Shown: one piece after another, positions 27,200-36,891 of the stretch
Layout of the letters: each line of letters begins with the position of its first letter
Numbering within the stretch: position 1 is the first letter of the stretch
The notes under the pieces: model-generated
The model's input: only the letters and a program-made list of their open reading frames with translations
Told to the model about the DNA's origin: nothing
Databases searched by the model: none
Source: a virus
Virus record (IMG/VR): IMGVR_UViG_3300028920_000059
Location: 21,789 to 85,788 of that record
Direction: 5' to 3' (one strand)
DNA: 64,000 nt
Position numbers and translations under genes: made by a program

Positions 27200-27372
27200 A
27201 CTGCGTACTTTTGATTGAAGGTATGGATCCTATTCTTGAGCCGGTCGCGGATCTTGCGCTCGGTTTTAGAGCACTTCTTGGGAATAGCCTCAAAGCGTTC
27301 CAGTAGGCGCAGAATCTTACGACGGGCCTTACAGGGAAGGGACTGGTAGCGTTTCGGGAGGGTCGTCTCCAT
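27196..27372 (-). CDS. small basic hypothetical protein
   Basis: Hand-translated METTLPKRYQ... (58 aa); GGAGTCCTACC ATG leader. Confidence 0.55.
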   Translation of the reverse strand: METTLPKRYQSLPCKARRKILRLLERFEAIPKKCSKTERKIRDRLKNRIHTFNQKYAV

Positions 27373-27429
27373 GGTAGGACTCCTAAATCGAAGGAGGGGT
27401 AAAAGGTTATAGTCAGAGAAGTCTGTTGT

Positions 27430-27843
27430 CTAGAATTTTCCTAGCGCCTCCTTTAGCGCAGTATCAATCGCTTCGTGTCTCTCGGCGGGCGATTTCATTA
27501 CCAAGATATTTCCGATCGACGCCTTGCGCTTTTCGGTATTGGCATAGATTCGGGCGCTAATTAGATGAGTCTGACTCTCGATCTGATCATCGAGTGTTTC
27601 CAGTGCAGCCACCAGCGCGCCCACGTATGGATCTAGCGCGTTGGGTTTGCTCTTTTTATTATTGACTAAGAACCTACCGGCGAGAGACAGGTGACTGTAG
27701 AGCTGGTTGGCCTCGCCGGCGGCTGCGATGAGGTGCGACTTGAAGCGACCGCCTGGGGCGATGTCGATCAAACGACGTATCTCATCCTGGATCGACTCGC
27801 AGTCCTTCATCGCTTTGCCTAGTATATTAGGATTGAGAGTCAT
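27430..27843 (-). CDS. hypothetical protein
   Basis: In-operon ORF with AAAGGA RBS. Confidence 0.6.
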   Translation of the reverse strand: MTLNPNILGKAMKDCESIQDEIRRLIDIAPGGRFKSHLIAAAGEANQLYSHLSLAGRFLVNNKKSKPNALDPYVGALVAALETLDDQIESQTHLISARIYANTEKRKASIGNILVMKSPAERHEAIDTALKEALGKF

Positions 27844-28064
27844 GGTGCTTTTCCTTTCTTGTTGGCTTTTGCCTTGTCGTAGTCCTGGGTGTGCTCGACG
27901 TAGCGGCCGTCCGACGTGAAGTGGGCGGTTTCCATGGCCACGCGGTCGTTGCGCATGCGCTTCATCCGGCGCTTCCAGCCACGATGACGTGCGCTTTTGA
28001 CTTTGTGGCGACCTCGGACGGTGGACTGGCCGCGGCCGTTGGCGGACTGGTTCTTGGAGGGCAT
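27840..28064 (-). CDS. small basic hypothetical protein
   Basis: AAGGAG RBS. Confidence 0.55.
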   Translation of the reverse strand: MPSKNQSANGRGQSTVRGRHKVKSARHRGWKRRMKRMRNDRVAMETAHFTSDGRYVEHTQDYDKAKANKKGKAP

Positions 28065-28077
28065 GTGAGCTCCTTCT

Positions 28078-28398
28078 TCAGGGATCGATGAGAGTCTTGA
28101 GCGTGGCGGGCACCGGCTCCTTGAGCTTGGTATACAAGGCTTCGACGGCCTTGGCTACGACCAGAATCTGGTCCGTCGGCTTGCTCTTGTTGACCGGCAC
28201 GAGGCCGACCATCTTGCAGCACTCCCGGATGGAGAGTGTGGCGATGTCGCGTCCGAAGTGCTTCGAGGCTCTCACGCCGATGTCGACGTAGGTCAAGCCC
28301 GTCAGGTCCTTGCGGTTATCCTCGAGGAAGTGCGCGAGGTGATAGAAGTCCTCGTGGCTGAGTCGCCGGCGAGAGGGTTTGGTTTTCTTAGGGACCAT
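28078..28398 (-). CDS. hypothetical protein
   Basis: AAGGAG RBS. Confidence 0.6.
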   Translation of the reverse strand: MVPKKTKPSRRRLSHEDFYHLAHFLEDNRKDLTGLTYVDIGVRASKHFGRDIATLSIRECCKMVGLVPVNKSKPTDQILVVAKAVEALYTKLKEPVPATLKTLIDP

Positions 28399-28420
28399 AT
28401 TTACTCCTTGAGCCTGATGG

Positions 28421-28870
28421 TTATGCGGATTCTTTACTCATCTCGATGAGGTGAGCCATGTAGAGGGGGTGGACGGGGACTTCGTTCTGCTCGGCGCCGA
28501 CCGCGCAGCCCAGAGCGTACTCGGGGTCATAGCGATAGATGCCGCGGTGCTTCTTGCTCCGGGCGCTCATCACGTAGACGATGGCCGGGATCGGCGCGTG
28601 CCACATGTCTGAGATGACGTCCACCCACTGCTTGATGTAGTAGGTCGGCACGCCTTCGTAGAGATCCAGCGCGGCCAGGCACTCGGGGGTGATCTCCCAT
28701 AGCACGCCGTGGACGGCGTCTTCGGGATCCTCATCGATATCGGCATGGAGCCGTTCGCAGAGGGTCCAGCCAGGGAGACAGGCCGGTCCCAGATTCGTGG
28801 CCTTCGGGCAGCGCCAGCGCATCTGGTTGTTATTCATGTTGGAGCCGTAGGCGAAGTAAAGGGGGTTCAT
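28421..28870 (-). CDS. gamma-glutamylcyclotransferase (AIG2-like)
   Basis: YFAYGSNM, VHGVLWEI...LDLYEG; start trimmed to MNPLYF. Confidence 0.88.
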   Translation of the reverse strand: MNPLYFAYGSNMNNNQMRWRCPKATNLGPACLPGWTLCERLHADIDEDPEDAVHGVLWEITPECLAALDLYEGVPTYYIKQWVDVISDMWHAPIPAIVYVMSARSKKHRGIYRYDPEYALGCAVGAEQNEVPVHPLYMAHLIEMSKESA

Positions 28871-29136
28871 CAGAACTCCTCGGGCAGGTTGATTTCGATG
28901 TTGTCGGTCAGGCGATCCACGACAGCCATGAATCGCATCTCCTCCAGGTCGGGCCGGAGGATCGGGGACTTGAGGTAGGGCTTGGCCTTGGCGTCCAGCT
29001 CGGACGGGATCCAGACCTGGCCTTCTAGCTCGGTTTGGAAGGCCTCGGCGAGGGTCTCCAGGCGCTTCAGGCGCTGCTCTTGCAGCTCCTTCCACGCTTG
29101 GACGACCTCGGCGCCGGTGATGGGCTTGTTGCTCAT
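28870..29136 (-). CDS. hypothetical protein
   Basis: TGATG-coupled ORF. Confidence 0.6.
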   Translation of the reverse strand: MSNKPITGAEVVQAWKELQEQRLKRLETLAEAFQTELEGQVWIPSELDAKAKPYLKSPILRPDLEEMRFMAVVDRLTDNIEINLPEEF

Positions 29137-29158
29137 GGGGTGGGTTTCCTTTCTGCTC

Positions 29159-30010
29159 TCAGGCCGCCAGCTGCTTCTTGCGCTGCTTGACCCACTTGCG
29201 GATGTCCTTATAGATGGCCTTCATCTCGACCTGCTTCGCGGGGCTGCAGGCCATGATGGTCTGGTTGCCACCGAGGAGGTGGAAGGCCCAGAAGATGTTA
29301 TGCCGGGCGTTGGTCGGCTTCCGGATGCTCTTCTTGCTGGAGGCCGCCCGCTCGACCAGCGCCTGAGTTAGACAGACCCAGCCGCAAATCTTATCGGCGT
29401 CGGTGGTCCCCCCGAAGTGCCGGATCTCGACTGTGCTGTGGCGCTGGAAGGCCGCCATGTTGACTTTGTAGTAGCGGCTGTTCAGGCCGAGCTGCGGGGT
29501 ACGATGGTGGCGGCTGGTACGAAAGAGTTGGCCGGCGTCGATATGCTGCAGGGTGTTACAGTAATAGGCGTTGCTACGGCGCCGCGAGGGCGGTACCATC
29601 TCGTCCATCTCGGCTTCGTGGTTCTTGTAGAGGTTGACCACGTTACGCAGCTGCTTCACGCCGAAGTCGCTGGCGCCGTGGTGGACGTGGAGGCCGCAGC
29701 TCTTGTTTATCGTCGCCTGTACGATGGGGCCGTTGAGGATCGCGCAGACCTGGCGGATCTGCAGCAGGCCCTCTTCGCCGCTCAGGACGGGGCTAACCAG
29801 CTCAAAGCTGTGCCACCCGCGCCGGTAGTCGATGGAGCCATCGCTTACGATCTTCCAGTGGGGCCTGGTGGAGTGATTGTACCCTTCGACCTGGCAGGCG
29901 ATGCCGGCTTCGTTGAGCAAACGAGAGACGTGCTCCTCGCTAACCTTGGAGTACATTTCGATTTCGATTCCGAAGGAGCGGGAGGTCAGAGGCTTGGTGA
30001 GGCTGATCAT
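29159..30010 (-). CDS. amidoligase (COOH-NH2 ligase) family protein
   Basis: FGIEIE, WKIVSDGS, ELVSPVL, SCGLHVH, RYYKVN, TVEIR. Confidence 0.88.
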   Translation of the reverse strand: MISLTKPLTSRSFGIEIEMYSKVSEEHVSRLLNEAGIACQVEGYNHSTRPHWKIVSDGSIDYRRGWHSFELVSPVLSGEEGLLQIRQVCAILNGPIVQATINKSCGLHVHHGASDFGVKQLRNVVNLYKNHEAEMDEMVPPSRRRSNAYYCNTLQHIDAGQLFRTSRHHRTPQLGLNSRYYKVNMAAFQRHSTVEIRHFGGTTDADKICGWVCLTQALVERAASSKKSIRKPTNARHNIFWAFHLLGGNQTIMACSPAKQVEMKAIYKDIRKWVKQRKKQLAA

Positions 30011-30043
30011 CGGTAGGACTCCGTTTGTTGTTTCGATGGCTCA

Positions 30044-30102
30044 ATAGTAGCACTTATATGCGTGATGTAAATACTTTTTTCGACGACTATAAGTGCTTAT
30101 AG
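30044..30102 (-). promoter_or_regulatory. sigma70-like early promoter plus operator-like palindrome in the divergent control region
   Basis: TTTACA-16-TACTAT on the minus strand; perfect CTATAAG-TG-CTTATAG at 30087-30102. Confidence 0.6.
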
Positions 30103-30158
30103 CAATACGGCTTATGAGACCCCCTCTTTTCAATCTCGCCGGAGGCACGATATAGAGT

Positions 30159-31181
30159 ATGCTTGACGTACCTACCATCGGGATCATCGGTTACGGCTTT
30201 GTCGGCAAGGCCACCGCCCTTCTCTGGCAGCTCCCTTCTATATCTATCAACGATCCCAAGCTGCCCGGATCGTTCCCGCTACCCGAGATCGCGGAGTGCG
30301 ATCTCATCTTTATCTGCGTTCCGACGCCGATGAAGTTTGACGGCGGCCCACAGGATACTTCTATCATCCGGTCGACACTGCGCGATCTGGCCGAGGAGTT
30401 AGACAAGCAGCACCACGAGGAGGCCATCGTCATAGTAAAGTCGACCGTACTGCCAGACGTTCTGCTAAATATCAAGCAAGACTTCCCGTGGCTTCGCCTA
30501 GTGATGTCGCCTGAGTTTCTTCGGGAGAAAACATGGCGCCACGATGCGATGGCGCCTCGTTTCCATATCTTTGGTGGCGAGTATCGGGACACGAAGCAGG
30601 TGGCGGACTGGTGTAATGACTTTAGTATCGCTCCTGGGATCCCGATATACCAGGTGAGCCTTACTGCCGCACCATTGGTCAAATATATGATCAACACGTT
30701 CTTGGCGATGAAAGTCATCTTCATGAACCAGTGGCGCTTGGTCTTTGATCGGTCGGGCGCTCCGGATTCGTGGGCGGATGTCGTGAAAGCATTTCATGCA
30801 GATGTCCGCGTCGGTAATTCGCACGGCGCCGTTCCTGGTCCTGATGGAATGATGGGCTACGGAGGCAAATGCTTCCCGAAGGATGTCGCTGCGATTATCC
30901 ACTTCGCTGATCGGGTCCGCCGCCCATTCTCACTACTGGCTGAGATCCAGAGGATCAATCATGAGATCAGGCCCAAGCGTGACTGGCTCAAGATTGATGG
31001 CGCTACGAGCAAAGGTAAGATAGAGGACCTGGAGGATCCGCAGGAAAAGTGGGACTGCCTGGGCTGGTATATGGAGATAGGTAAGCCTTGGGCTATTTCG
31101 GGCGTCTGCTCTGCCAGGTGCCCAGCGCGATTTAAGTGCTGGAAGTTGAAGAAGGAACGGCTTGCGCAGGAGGAGGATTGA
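30159..31181 (+). CDS. UDP-glucose/GDP-mannose dehydrogenase family protein
   Basis: GYGFVG, FICVPTP, KSTV, PEFLRE, KY..N.FLA.K, GYGGKCFPKD. Confidence 0.9.
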   Translation: MLDVPTIGIIGYGFVGKATALLWQLPSISINDPKLPGSFPLPEIAECDLIFICVPTPMKFDGGPQDTSIIRSTLRDLAEELDKQHHEEAIVIVKSTVLPDVLLNIKQDFPWLRLVMSPEFLREKTWRHDAMAPRFHIFGGEYRDTKQVADWCNDFSIAPGIPIYQVSLTAAPLVKYMINTFLAMKVIFMNQWRLVFDRSGAPDSWADVVKAFHADVRVGNSHGAVPGPDGMMGYGGKCFPKDVAAIIHFADRVRRPFSLLAEIQRINHEIRPKRDWLKIDGATSKGKIEDLEDPQEKWDCLGWYMEIGKPWAISGVCSARCPARFKCWKLKKERLAQEED

Positions 31182-31276
31182 TGGATCATCTGCTGTGGCC
31201 GTTGCCCCTTCTGTTCGCTTTGATCTTGATGGCTATTGTATTCAACCGGCGCGACGACGATAAGGAGGATGAATGA
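31181..31276 (+). CDS. small membrane peptide (31 aa)
   Basis: MDHLLWPLPLLFALILMAIVFNRR...; coupled on both sides. Confidence 0.5.
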   Translation: MDHLLWPLPLLFALILMAIVFNRRDDDKEDE

Positions 31277-31716
31277 AAATCCTTGCCCTTCTCCTTCTAC
31301 TTCTCCCTCTCGCAGCAGAAACTGAAGTGGTATGGGCGTATGTCACAGCTTACTGCCCGTGTCGAAAATGTTGTGGGAGGCACGCTAACGGTAAGACTGC
31401 CACAGGTAAGCGGATTATCCGTCCAAGGCGTATGGAGGATCATTGGGGAATTGCCGCTGACTTTCGTGCGCTGCCGGAAGGTACTCGCATTATCGTCCCG
31501 GGCTACAAGCCCTCACGCTACTTCCCAGCCGACCACGCTTGGCTGGTTGATGATACTGGTGGTGACATGAAAACAGCATGGCGTTGGCCGTGGACACATC
31601 CAACTCAACCTCGTCGGGAGCGGTTTATTCATATTGACGTCCGCTTCATCCACCACCGCAATGCAGTGAAGTGGGGTGAGAAGTGGTTGCGAGTGACGAT
31701 AATACGCAGGGAATGA
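31273..31716 (+). CDS. secreted 3D-domain peptidoglycan hydrolase (lytic transglycosylase-like)
   Basis: Signal peptide; TAYC..CCG, TATG, IAAD, DDTGG, HIDV. Confidence 0.8.
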   Translation: MKILALLLLLLPLAAETEVVWAYVTAYCPCRKCCGRHANGKTATGKRIIRPRRMEDHWGIAADFRALPEGTRIIVPGYKPSRYFPADHAWLVDDTGGDMKTAWRWPWTHPTQPRRERFIHIDVRFIHHRNAVKWGEKWLRVTIIRRE

Positions 31717-31731
31717 AAGGATTGAATTGAC

Positions 31732-32094
31732 ATGAAAACCAAAACCATCCTATGCTGCTTGTTGCTTTTGTTCTCCGTTTCAATTCTGGCGGAGGAGAAA
31801 GCCCCCACCATCAAGGACAGGGAGGCTCTAGCTTTTGCCGCTCTCTTCCAAGTGCTGTGGGAACAGGGGACTGAGGAATGGCGCAGTAAGTATTTCCACC
31901 TGAAAAGATTTGTCGCTTTGAAGGAGCGGTATGATTTGGTCATCCGAAAAAAGGAGGGGGGTGGTGGGTTTCGGGATCTGGGTCCCACCGATCCTGAGAC
32001 GATAATCAACAGCATCCGGGAAAAAATGAAAACTCATCAATCCGAAGTGTTGGAGATTCTGAATGCTGTTGCCCCGTCCGCTTCGGCGGAATAG
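31732..32094 (+). CDS. secreted hypothetical protein
   Basis: N-terminal signal-like hydrophobic stretch. Confidence 0.55.
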   Translation: MKTKTILCCLLLLFSVSILAEEKAPTIKDREALAFAALFQVLWEQGTEEWRSKYFHLKRFVALKERYDLVIRKKEGGGGFRDLGPTDPETIINSIREKMKTHQSEVLEILNAVAPSASAE

Positions 32095-32124
32095 TTGGGC
32101 GCGGACGCCCGAAAGGAACTAAAC

Positions 32125-32445
32125 GTGCAACTGAAAATAAGAATATCAAAAACGCGCTACATCGCACTAAACATTACAAAGACAATCCGCGTCACCATGG
32201 ATGATGGAGAAGGCGGAGCCTGGGACAACATCGTGCATGTAGGCCGGTGTTTGGAAAAGAGCAAACCAAATATACGGGCATATCAAATGCATGTCCTGTG
32301 GTTTTGGCTTTCCTATTGGCGGACTGACTGCAAACCACTTGCGCACGGCTTGCATGAAATAGAGCCCAACCCCGAGCCAAGCGGCCCGTCCGCTTCGGCG
32401 GAATCGTTGGGTGAGGACGATCAAACACGGGGGGACGAGGCATGA
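32125..32445 (+). CDS. hypothetical protein in an attC-like cassette
   Basis: AAAGGA RBS then GTG 32125; reads through the attC-like site. Confidence 0.55.
   Translation: MQLKIRISKTRYIALNITKTIRVTMDDGEGGAWDNIVHVGRCLEKSKPNIRAYQMHVLWFWLSYWRTDCKPLAHGLHEIEPNPEPSGPSASAESLGEDDQTRGDEA
32364..32412 (+). other. attC-like site; its right half is duplicated at 32073-32100
   Basis: GCCCAAC (RYYYAAC)...GCCAAGCGG/CCGCTTCGGC...GTTGGGT (GTTRRRY). Confidence 0.5.
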
Positions 32446-32852
32446 GCGGCCACCTCACTTCATTAGTCGATATGCGCCTCCCTTCCGAAAAGGAGCAGAC
32501 CATGAACCGTCCTAAAGTCGTTTGCCTGTGTGGGTCAACCCGTTTCATTGACACCTTTCGGGAAGCCAACTGGACGGAAACCCTCAAGGGCAACATCGTG
32601 CTCTCCATCGGCTGTGATACCAAATCCAACGATGGGTTGAAGCTGACGATTGTGGATAAGACAGCTTTGGACATCCTCCACCTACGGAAGATTGACCTGG
32701 CTGATGAAATCCTGGTCATCAACGTAAACAATTACATCGGGGAGTCCACCTCCCGGGAAATTGAATATGCTCGCTCCCACGGAAAGCCGGTGCGGTATTG
32801 GTACCAGGGGAGGGAAGTAAGCGTGGAAGAGTTTTTTGGGGAGGAATCATGA
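32442..32852 (+). CDS. nucleoside 2-deoxyribosyltransferase-like fold protein
   Basis: VCLCGSTRF, LHLRKIDLADEILV...YIGESTSREIEYA. Confidence 0.65.
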   Translation: MSGHLTSLVDMRLPSEKEQTMNRPKVVCLCGSTRFIDTFREANWTETLKGNIVLSIGCDTKSNDGLKLTIVDKTALDILHLRKIDLADEILVINVNNYIGESTSREIEYARSHGKPVRYWYQGREVSVEEFFGEES

Positions 32853-33151
32853 GCTTACTCAATCGGGTATTTACCGACGCCGGCCGTGCTATGTGCAAGC
32901 AGGCGAACGATTCCCTGCAGGATCTCATCAACCAAGCAAAGAAGGTCAAGGCCTTCGGGCCGGAACCAAAGATCACCTGCGAGGAGATTGCCGGTCGCCC
33001 TGACCTGGGCGAAACCTATTTTATCAATGGACATCCCATACTTTGGTTCGGTCCTATCGAGATCGAACAAGTGCCCGGCCCCCACTATCAGATTCGCTAT
33101 CGGGTATCACGCGAGGTGAAGCAGTTGGGGCTGGAGGAGGAGGGCCAGTAA
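32849..33151 (+). CDS. hypothetical protein
   Basis: ATGA-coupled; GGAGG RBS. Confidence 0.55.
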   Translation: MSLLNRVFTDAGRAMCKQANDSLQDLINQAKKVKAFGPEPKITCEEIAGRPDLGETYFINGHPILWFGPIEIEQVPGPHYQIRYRVSREVKQLGLEEEGQ

Positions 33152-33759
33152 TGTTTTTTTGTGACGAGTGCGCTGAGAAAAACGGCTGGTCTAAGGGATT
33201 TGCCAAGTCCCACGGGGCTTGTGAGGTTTGTGGCGCTATTGGTACGTGCAGCGACGTTCCTGCAAGTCATCTACCATCAGGAGAAAACCATGAACCTACT
33301 CCACCCCCTCCAGGAGTCCCCGACATGAAGCAGCCCGAAGACACCAGAGACCTGCTGAGGATGCTGTGGGACGACAACGCCCCGGCTTCGCTTTGCCACT
33401 TGGCCGCCTATTGCTATACTCATGGGCACGGCGTTGAATACGCGCTGTCCCGGTGTGGAGATGATGAGGCAGACTGGCTCCGCTCCCACGGCTACCTCCC
33501 CACCGAGGAGCCTGCCCGAGAGCCGAGGCCGGGGGATGTGTGGCTTGGTATCGACGGAATAGTGCGGTTCCTGATTTCCAAAATGGACGAGACTTGGTTT
33601 TATCTTTACGTGAAAACACCGTCGGAGATTCATCCCCAGCAGCTTTATGGAATTGGCGAATTAGATAGTGAACATCTTTGCACCTACTTCCTCCATACCT
33701 ACGTCGGCCACATAAACGACTTCCGCGCCGTGCTCCTGGCCGCAGCCCGAGGAGAATGA
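33151..33759 (+). CDS. hypothetical protein with N-terminal CxxC...CxxC
   Basis: TAATG-coupled start MFFCDEC. Confidence 0.55.
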   Translation: MFFCDECAEKNGWSKGFAKSHGACEVCGAIGTCSDVPASHLPSGENHEPTPPPPGVPDMKQPEDTRDLLRMLWDDNAPASLCHLAAYCYTHGHGVEYALSRCGDDEADWLRSHGYLPTEEPAREPRPGDVWLGIDGIVRFLISKMDETWFYLYVKTPSEIHPQQLYGIGELDSEHLCTYFLHTYVGHINDFRAVLLAAARGE

Positions 33760-34106
33760 CTATGCCATTTTTTCGCAAGAAGCCTGTTACCGTTGAGGCC
33801 CATCAGTGGTACACGAACGGGGATCACCCAGAAGATAATAGCCGCCCAATCTCACCGGAGAACCCGTCGCTAAGCGAGGGTGAAGTGGTCCGGTACTTCC
33901 GTGACCCTAACGTGCCCCATATTAGGCCGTGCGAACATTGCGGGTATGTCATGGGCCACCACGGATGGATAGACACCCTGGAGGGTGGTCATATCGTCTG
34001 CCCTGGTGATATAATTATTACTGGTGTGCGCGGAGAGCGGTACCCGTGCAAGCCTGACATCTTCGCGGAGACTTATGAGCCGATCGAGAAGGAGGGGGGT
34101 GAGTGA
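33756..34106 (+). CDS. conserved phage protein (PGDYG-like)
   Basis: FRKKPVTVEA.QW, IDTLEG, PGDIIITG..GE.YPCKPDIF..TYE. Confidence 0.75.
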   Translation: MTMPFFRKKPVTVEAHQWYTNGDHPEDNSRPISPENPSLSEGEVVRYFRDPNVPHIRPCEHCGYVMGHHGWIDTLEGGHIVCPGDIIITGVRGERYPCKPDIFAETYEPIEKEGGE

Positions 34107-34351
34107 TGGTACTGCAACGGTACACCCCATACACCCGTGGCACCCAGATAGACTACGGATGCGGGGAATCGCCGGATGGCGCCTATGTCCGCTACTCAGA
34201 CGTAGAGCCATTGATAGCGACATTGCGCGAGATAGCGACTGATAGGCAGTGCGATGAGGTTGACTTGCGCACTCACGCACGCACTGCTCTCGACGCTGCC
34301 GGAATCCCCCTGGAGGATAGTGGGATGGGAATTGAGGATAATAGCACATGA
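34103..34351 (+). CDS. hypothetical protein
   Basis: Coupled ORF with a PDGAYVRYSD motif. Confidence 0.55.
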   Translation: MMVLQRYTPYTRGTQIDYGCGESPDGAYVRYSDVEPLIATLREIATDRQCDEVDLRTHARTALDAAGIPLEDSGMGIEDNST

Positions 34352-34417
34352 ACGGCTAGAGTGTCTCGCCTGTAATGATGGAAACCTTACATTTACTTAC
34401 CATGGAGAAAGAATACG

Positions 34418-34642
34418 ATGTCCCAGGTAGAAGTAGGCAAGACATATCGGGAAGTGTGGCCGTTGGTCAACGGTAAACCTAATGTCCACAACAAACTCAT
34501 CCACGTGCGAGGAAAGGTGGACGACCAGTACATCATACGTTGGTGGAGGCCATCCAAACAACGCTGGGAATATATTTGTGAACCCGATTGGCACGTGGAA
34601 TCCCTTATCAAAAAAGGGACATGGATTCCCAAGTCCCCATAA
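34418..34642 (+). CDS. hypothetical protein
   Basis: GGAG RBS. Confidence 0.5.
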   Translation: MSQVEVGKTYREVWPLVNGKPNVHNKLIHVRGKVDDQYIIRWWRPSKQRWEYICEPDWHVESLIKKGTWIPKSP

Positions 34643-34762
34643 TTGGGGCCTTTCTTAGCTCTCCCCCTAAATAGGAAGTAAAACCAACAATCTCTCGACA
34701 GCTTCAACCGCCCCACTATACTTAGCGAACATATAGTTCGCTAAATCAACAGAGGCGGTTTT

Positions 34763-35317
34763 ATGACACGCAACTTAGAAGTCAGAAACAAGACTCAAGT
34801 AGCACGATACCATCGCAAGGCCAAACTAGCGACAAGGCCACCAAGACCACGCCTCCGCAAGCGCCTCAGGCCTGTACGGCGCAAAACCACAGTCATCAAT
34901 GCAATACCAGGAACATACGGCAGTATAACAAAGCTGGCGCAGATACTGCATTGCACTACCGGAACGCTTGTTCATCAACTCAATCAACCAGGCTGGGAAT
35001 TAGTCAAAGAAGCGATCCAAGAAGAGGCGCTGAGGGCCAAAGAACAATCCCTGGTCAACATCTACGACATCGCCTCCAACGCGGCCAACCCAGTCGTGCG
35101 CCTCAAAGCGAATTGTTGGATCGTGGAAAAGACGATCCCAGGCTATGCGCCTACGACCAAGATGAAGGTTGAAGGAGATCCAGATTATCCGATTCGCCAT
35201 GAGCATCTTCATGTGGTGGCTCATCGTGATGTTTTGGATTGCCCTATCGAGGAGCGCAAGCGGGTACTGGCCGAGATGGAAGCTAGAGAGGTAGAGGAGG
35301 CGGTTGATGAGAGTTGA
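34763..35317 (+). CDS. probable terminase small subunit
   Basis: HTH-like middle; immediately upstream of terL. Confidence 0.6.
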   Translation: MTRNLEVRNKTQVARYHRKAKLATRPPRPRLRKRLRPVRRKTTVINAIPGTYGSITKLAQILHCTTGTLVHQLNQPGWELVKEAIQEEALRAKEQSLVNIYDIASNAANPVVRLKANCWIVEKTIPGYAPTTKMKVEGDPDYPIRHEHLHVVAHRDVLDCPIEERKRVLAEMEAREVEEAVDES

Positions 35318-35394
35318 GGCATATTGAGGCATAAAAATGCGATTTGATCGAGGATGTCAGGGGTTGATGGGGGATGGTCGGGGGGTGAGCGATA

Positions 35395-36891
35395 ATGCCT
35401 AATGTTGACGCAACTGCCGAGGACCTGAAGTACGTGACTAAGGATGAGCTAGAGGCGTCTATCTGCCAGGACAGCTTCTATGAATTCGTCCAGCGCTTCT
35501 GGGATGTTGTCATTCCCGAGAAGCCAATCTGGAATTGGCATATCGAAGTCATCTGCGATGAGATGCAAAAGGTTGCCGAGCGGGTGTTTGCAGGATTGCC
35601 TAAAGAGAATGACCTGCTGATCAACGTCCCGCCTGGTAGTTCAAAGTCAACTGTGTGCTCTATCATGTTCCCGGCGTGGGTCTGGACGCGAGAACCATCC
35701 TTCAGCACGATCTGCGGTTCATACTCCTACACCCTCGCGGTTGAATTGAGTATGAAGTCACGCGATATTATCCAATCCGATAAATACCAGCGCCTCTGGC
35801 CAGACGTTCAATTGCGCTTTGACGCCAATCGACTCGACCGGTTCCGCAATATTGACAAGGGGATGCGCTTCACTACTTCAACCGGTGGCACGGTGACGGG
35901 ATTCCACGGACACTTTCTCATCGTAGACGATCCGCTCAACCCGCAAGAGGCTGTGAGCGATGCCGAGTTGAAGAAGGCGAATGATTGGATCGGGCGCACG
36001 TTGTCAACTCGCAAAGTCGAGAAGTCAATCACGCCAACCATCCTCATCATGCAGCGCCTCCACGAGGATGACCCTTCCCAGAATATGCTGGATAAGGCCG
36101 AAGAAGGCAAGACGACAGTTCGGCATATCAACCTTCCTGCTGAGTATAGCGAAGTCAACAAGAATGAAGTCAGGCCGCGCAGCTTACGCCGTCGCTATAC
36201 CCCAGACCCCGACAAAGAGGGATGGTTCTTGCTGGATCTACAACGGATGGATCGCAAGGTGCTTGAAGAGGCTGAGGCGCAGTTGCTTGAATATGGTTAT
36301 GCGGGCCAATTCTTACAACGCCCCGTGCCTCTCGGCGGTGGTGATTTCGATGTTGACAAGATGTTGATTGGTGAACCGCCGGCATCCGATAATGACTGGG
36401 TTCGTAAAGTGCGCTATTGGGATAAAGCGGGTACCCATGCTGGTGGTTGCTTTACGGTTGGCGTGCTGATGGGACTTGATGTCAATAACTTCACGTGGGT
36501 GCTTGACGTTATTCGCGTCCAGTTGAATAGCTGGGAGCGAGAGCAGTTGATGAAGCAGACGGCGCGCCTCGATGGGGTTGACGTGCGCATCGGTATTGAG
36601 CAAGAAGGCGGATCCGGTGGCAAGGAGTCCGCAGAGAGCACGGTTCGCAATATGGTTGGGTTCAATGTTGAACCAGATCGCGTAACCGGATCCAAAGAGG
36701 AGCGCGCCCGTCCCTTCCATACCCAAGTCAACGGTGGGGGTGTTCGGTTAGCTCGGGCTGATTGGAACAAAAAGTACAAGGATGAATTACGGATGTTCCC
36801 TAATTCAAAATATAAGGATCAAGTTGATGCTTCTTCTGGGGCGTTTTCTATGCTATCTTTGACTAACACGAAAAGAGTAGGAGTCTGGTAA
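35395..36891 (+). CDS. terL: terminase large subunit
   Basis: INVPPGSSKS, IVDDP, MQRLHEDD, YWDKA, IEQE, DQVDA. Confidence 0.93.
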   Translation: MPNVDATAEDLKYVTKDELEASICQDSFYEFVQRFWDVVIPEKPIWNWHIEVICDEMQKVAERVFAGLPKENDLLINVPPGSSKSTVCSIMFPAWVWTREPSFSTICGSYSYTLAVELSMKSRDIIQSDKYQRLWPDVQLRFDANRLDRFRNIDKGMRFTTSTGGTVTGFHGHFLIVDDPLNPQEAVSDAELKKANDWIGRTLSTRKVEKSITPTILIMQRLHEDDPSQNMLDKAEEGKTTVRHINLPAEYSEVNKNEVRPRSLRRRYTPDPDKEGWFLLDLQRMDRKVLEEAEAQLLEYGYAGQFLQRPVPLGGGDFDVDKMLIGEPPASDNDWVRKVRYWDKAGTHAGGCFTVGVLMGLDVNNFTWVLDVIRVQLNSWEREQLMKQTARLDGVDVRIGIEQEGGSGGKESAESTVRNMVGFNVEPDRVTGSKEERARPFHTQVNGGGVRLARADWNKKYKDELRMFPNSKYKDQVDASSGAFSMLSLTNTKRVGVW

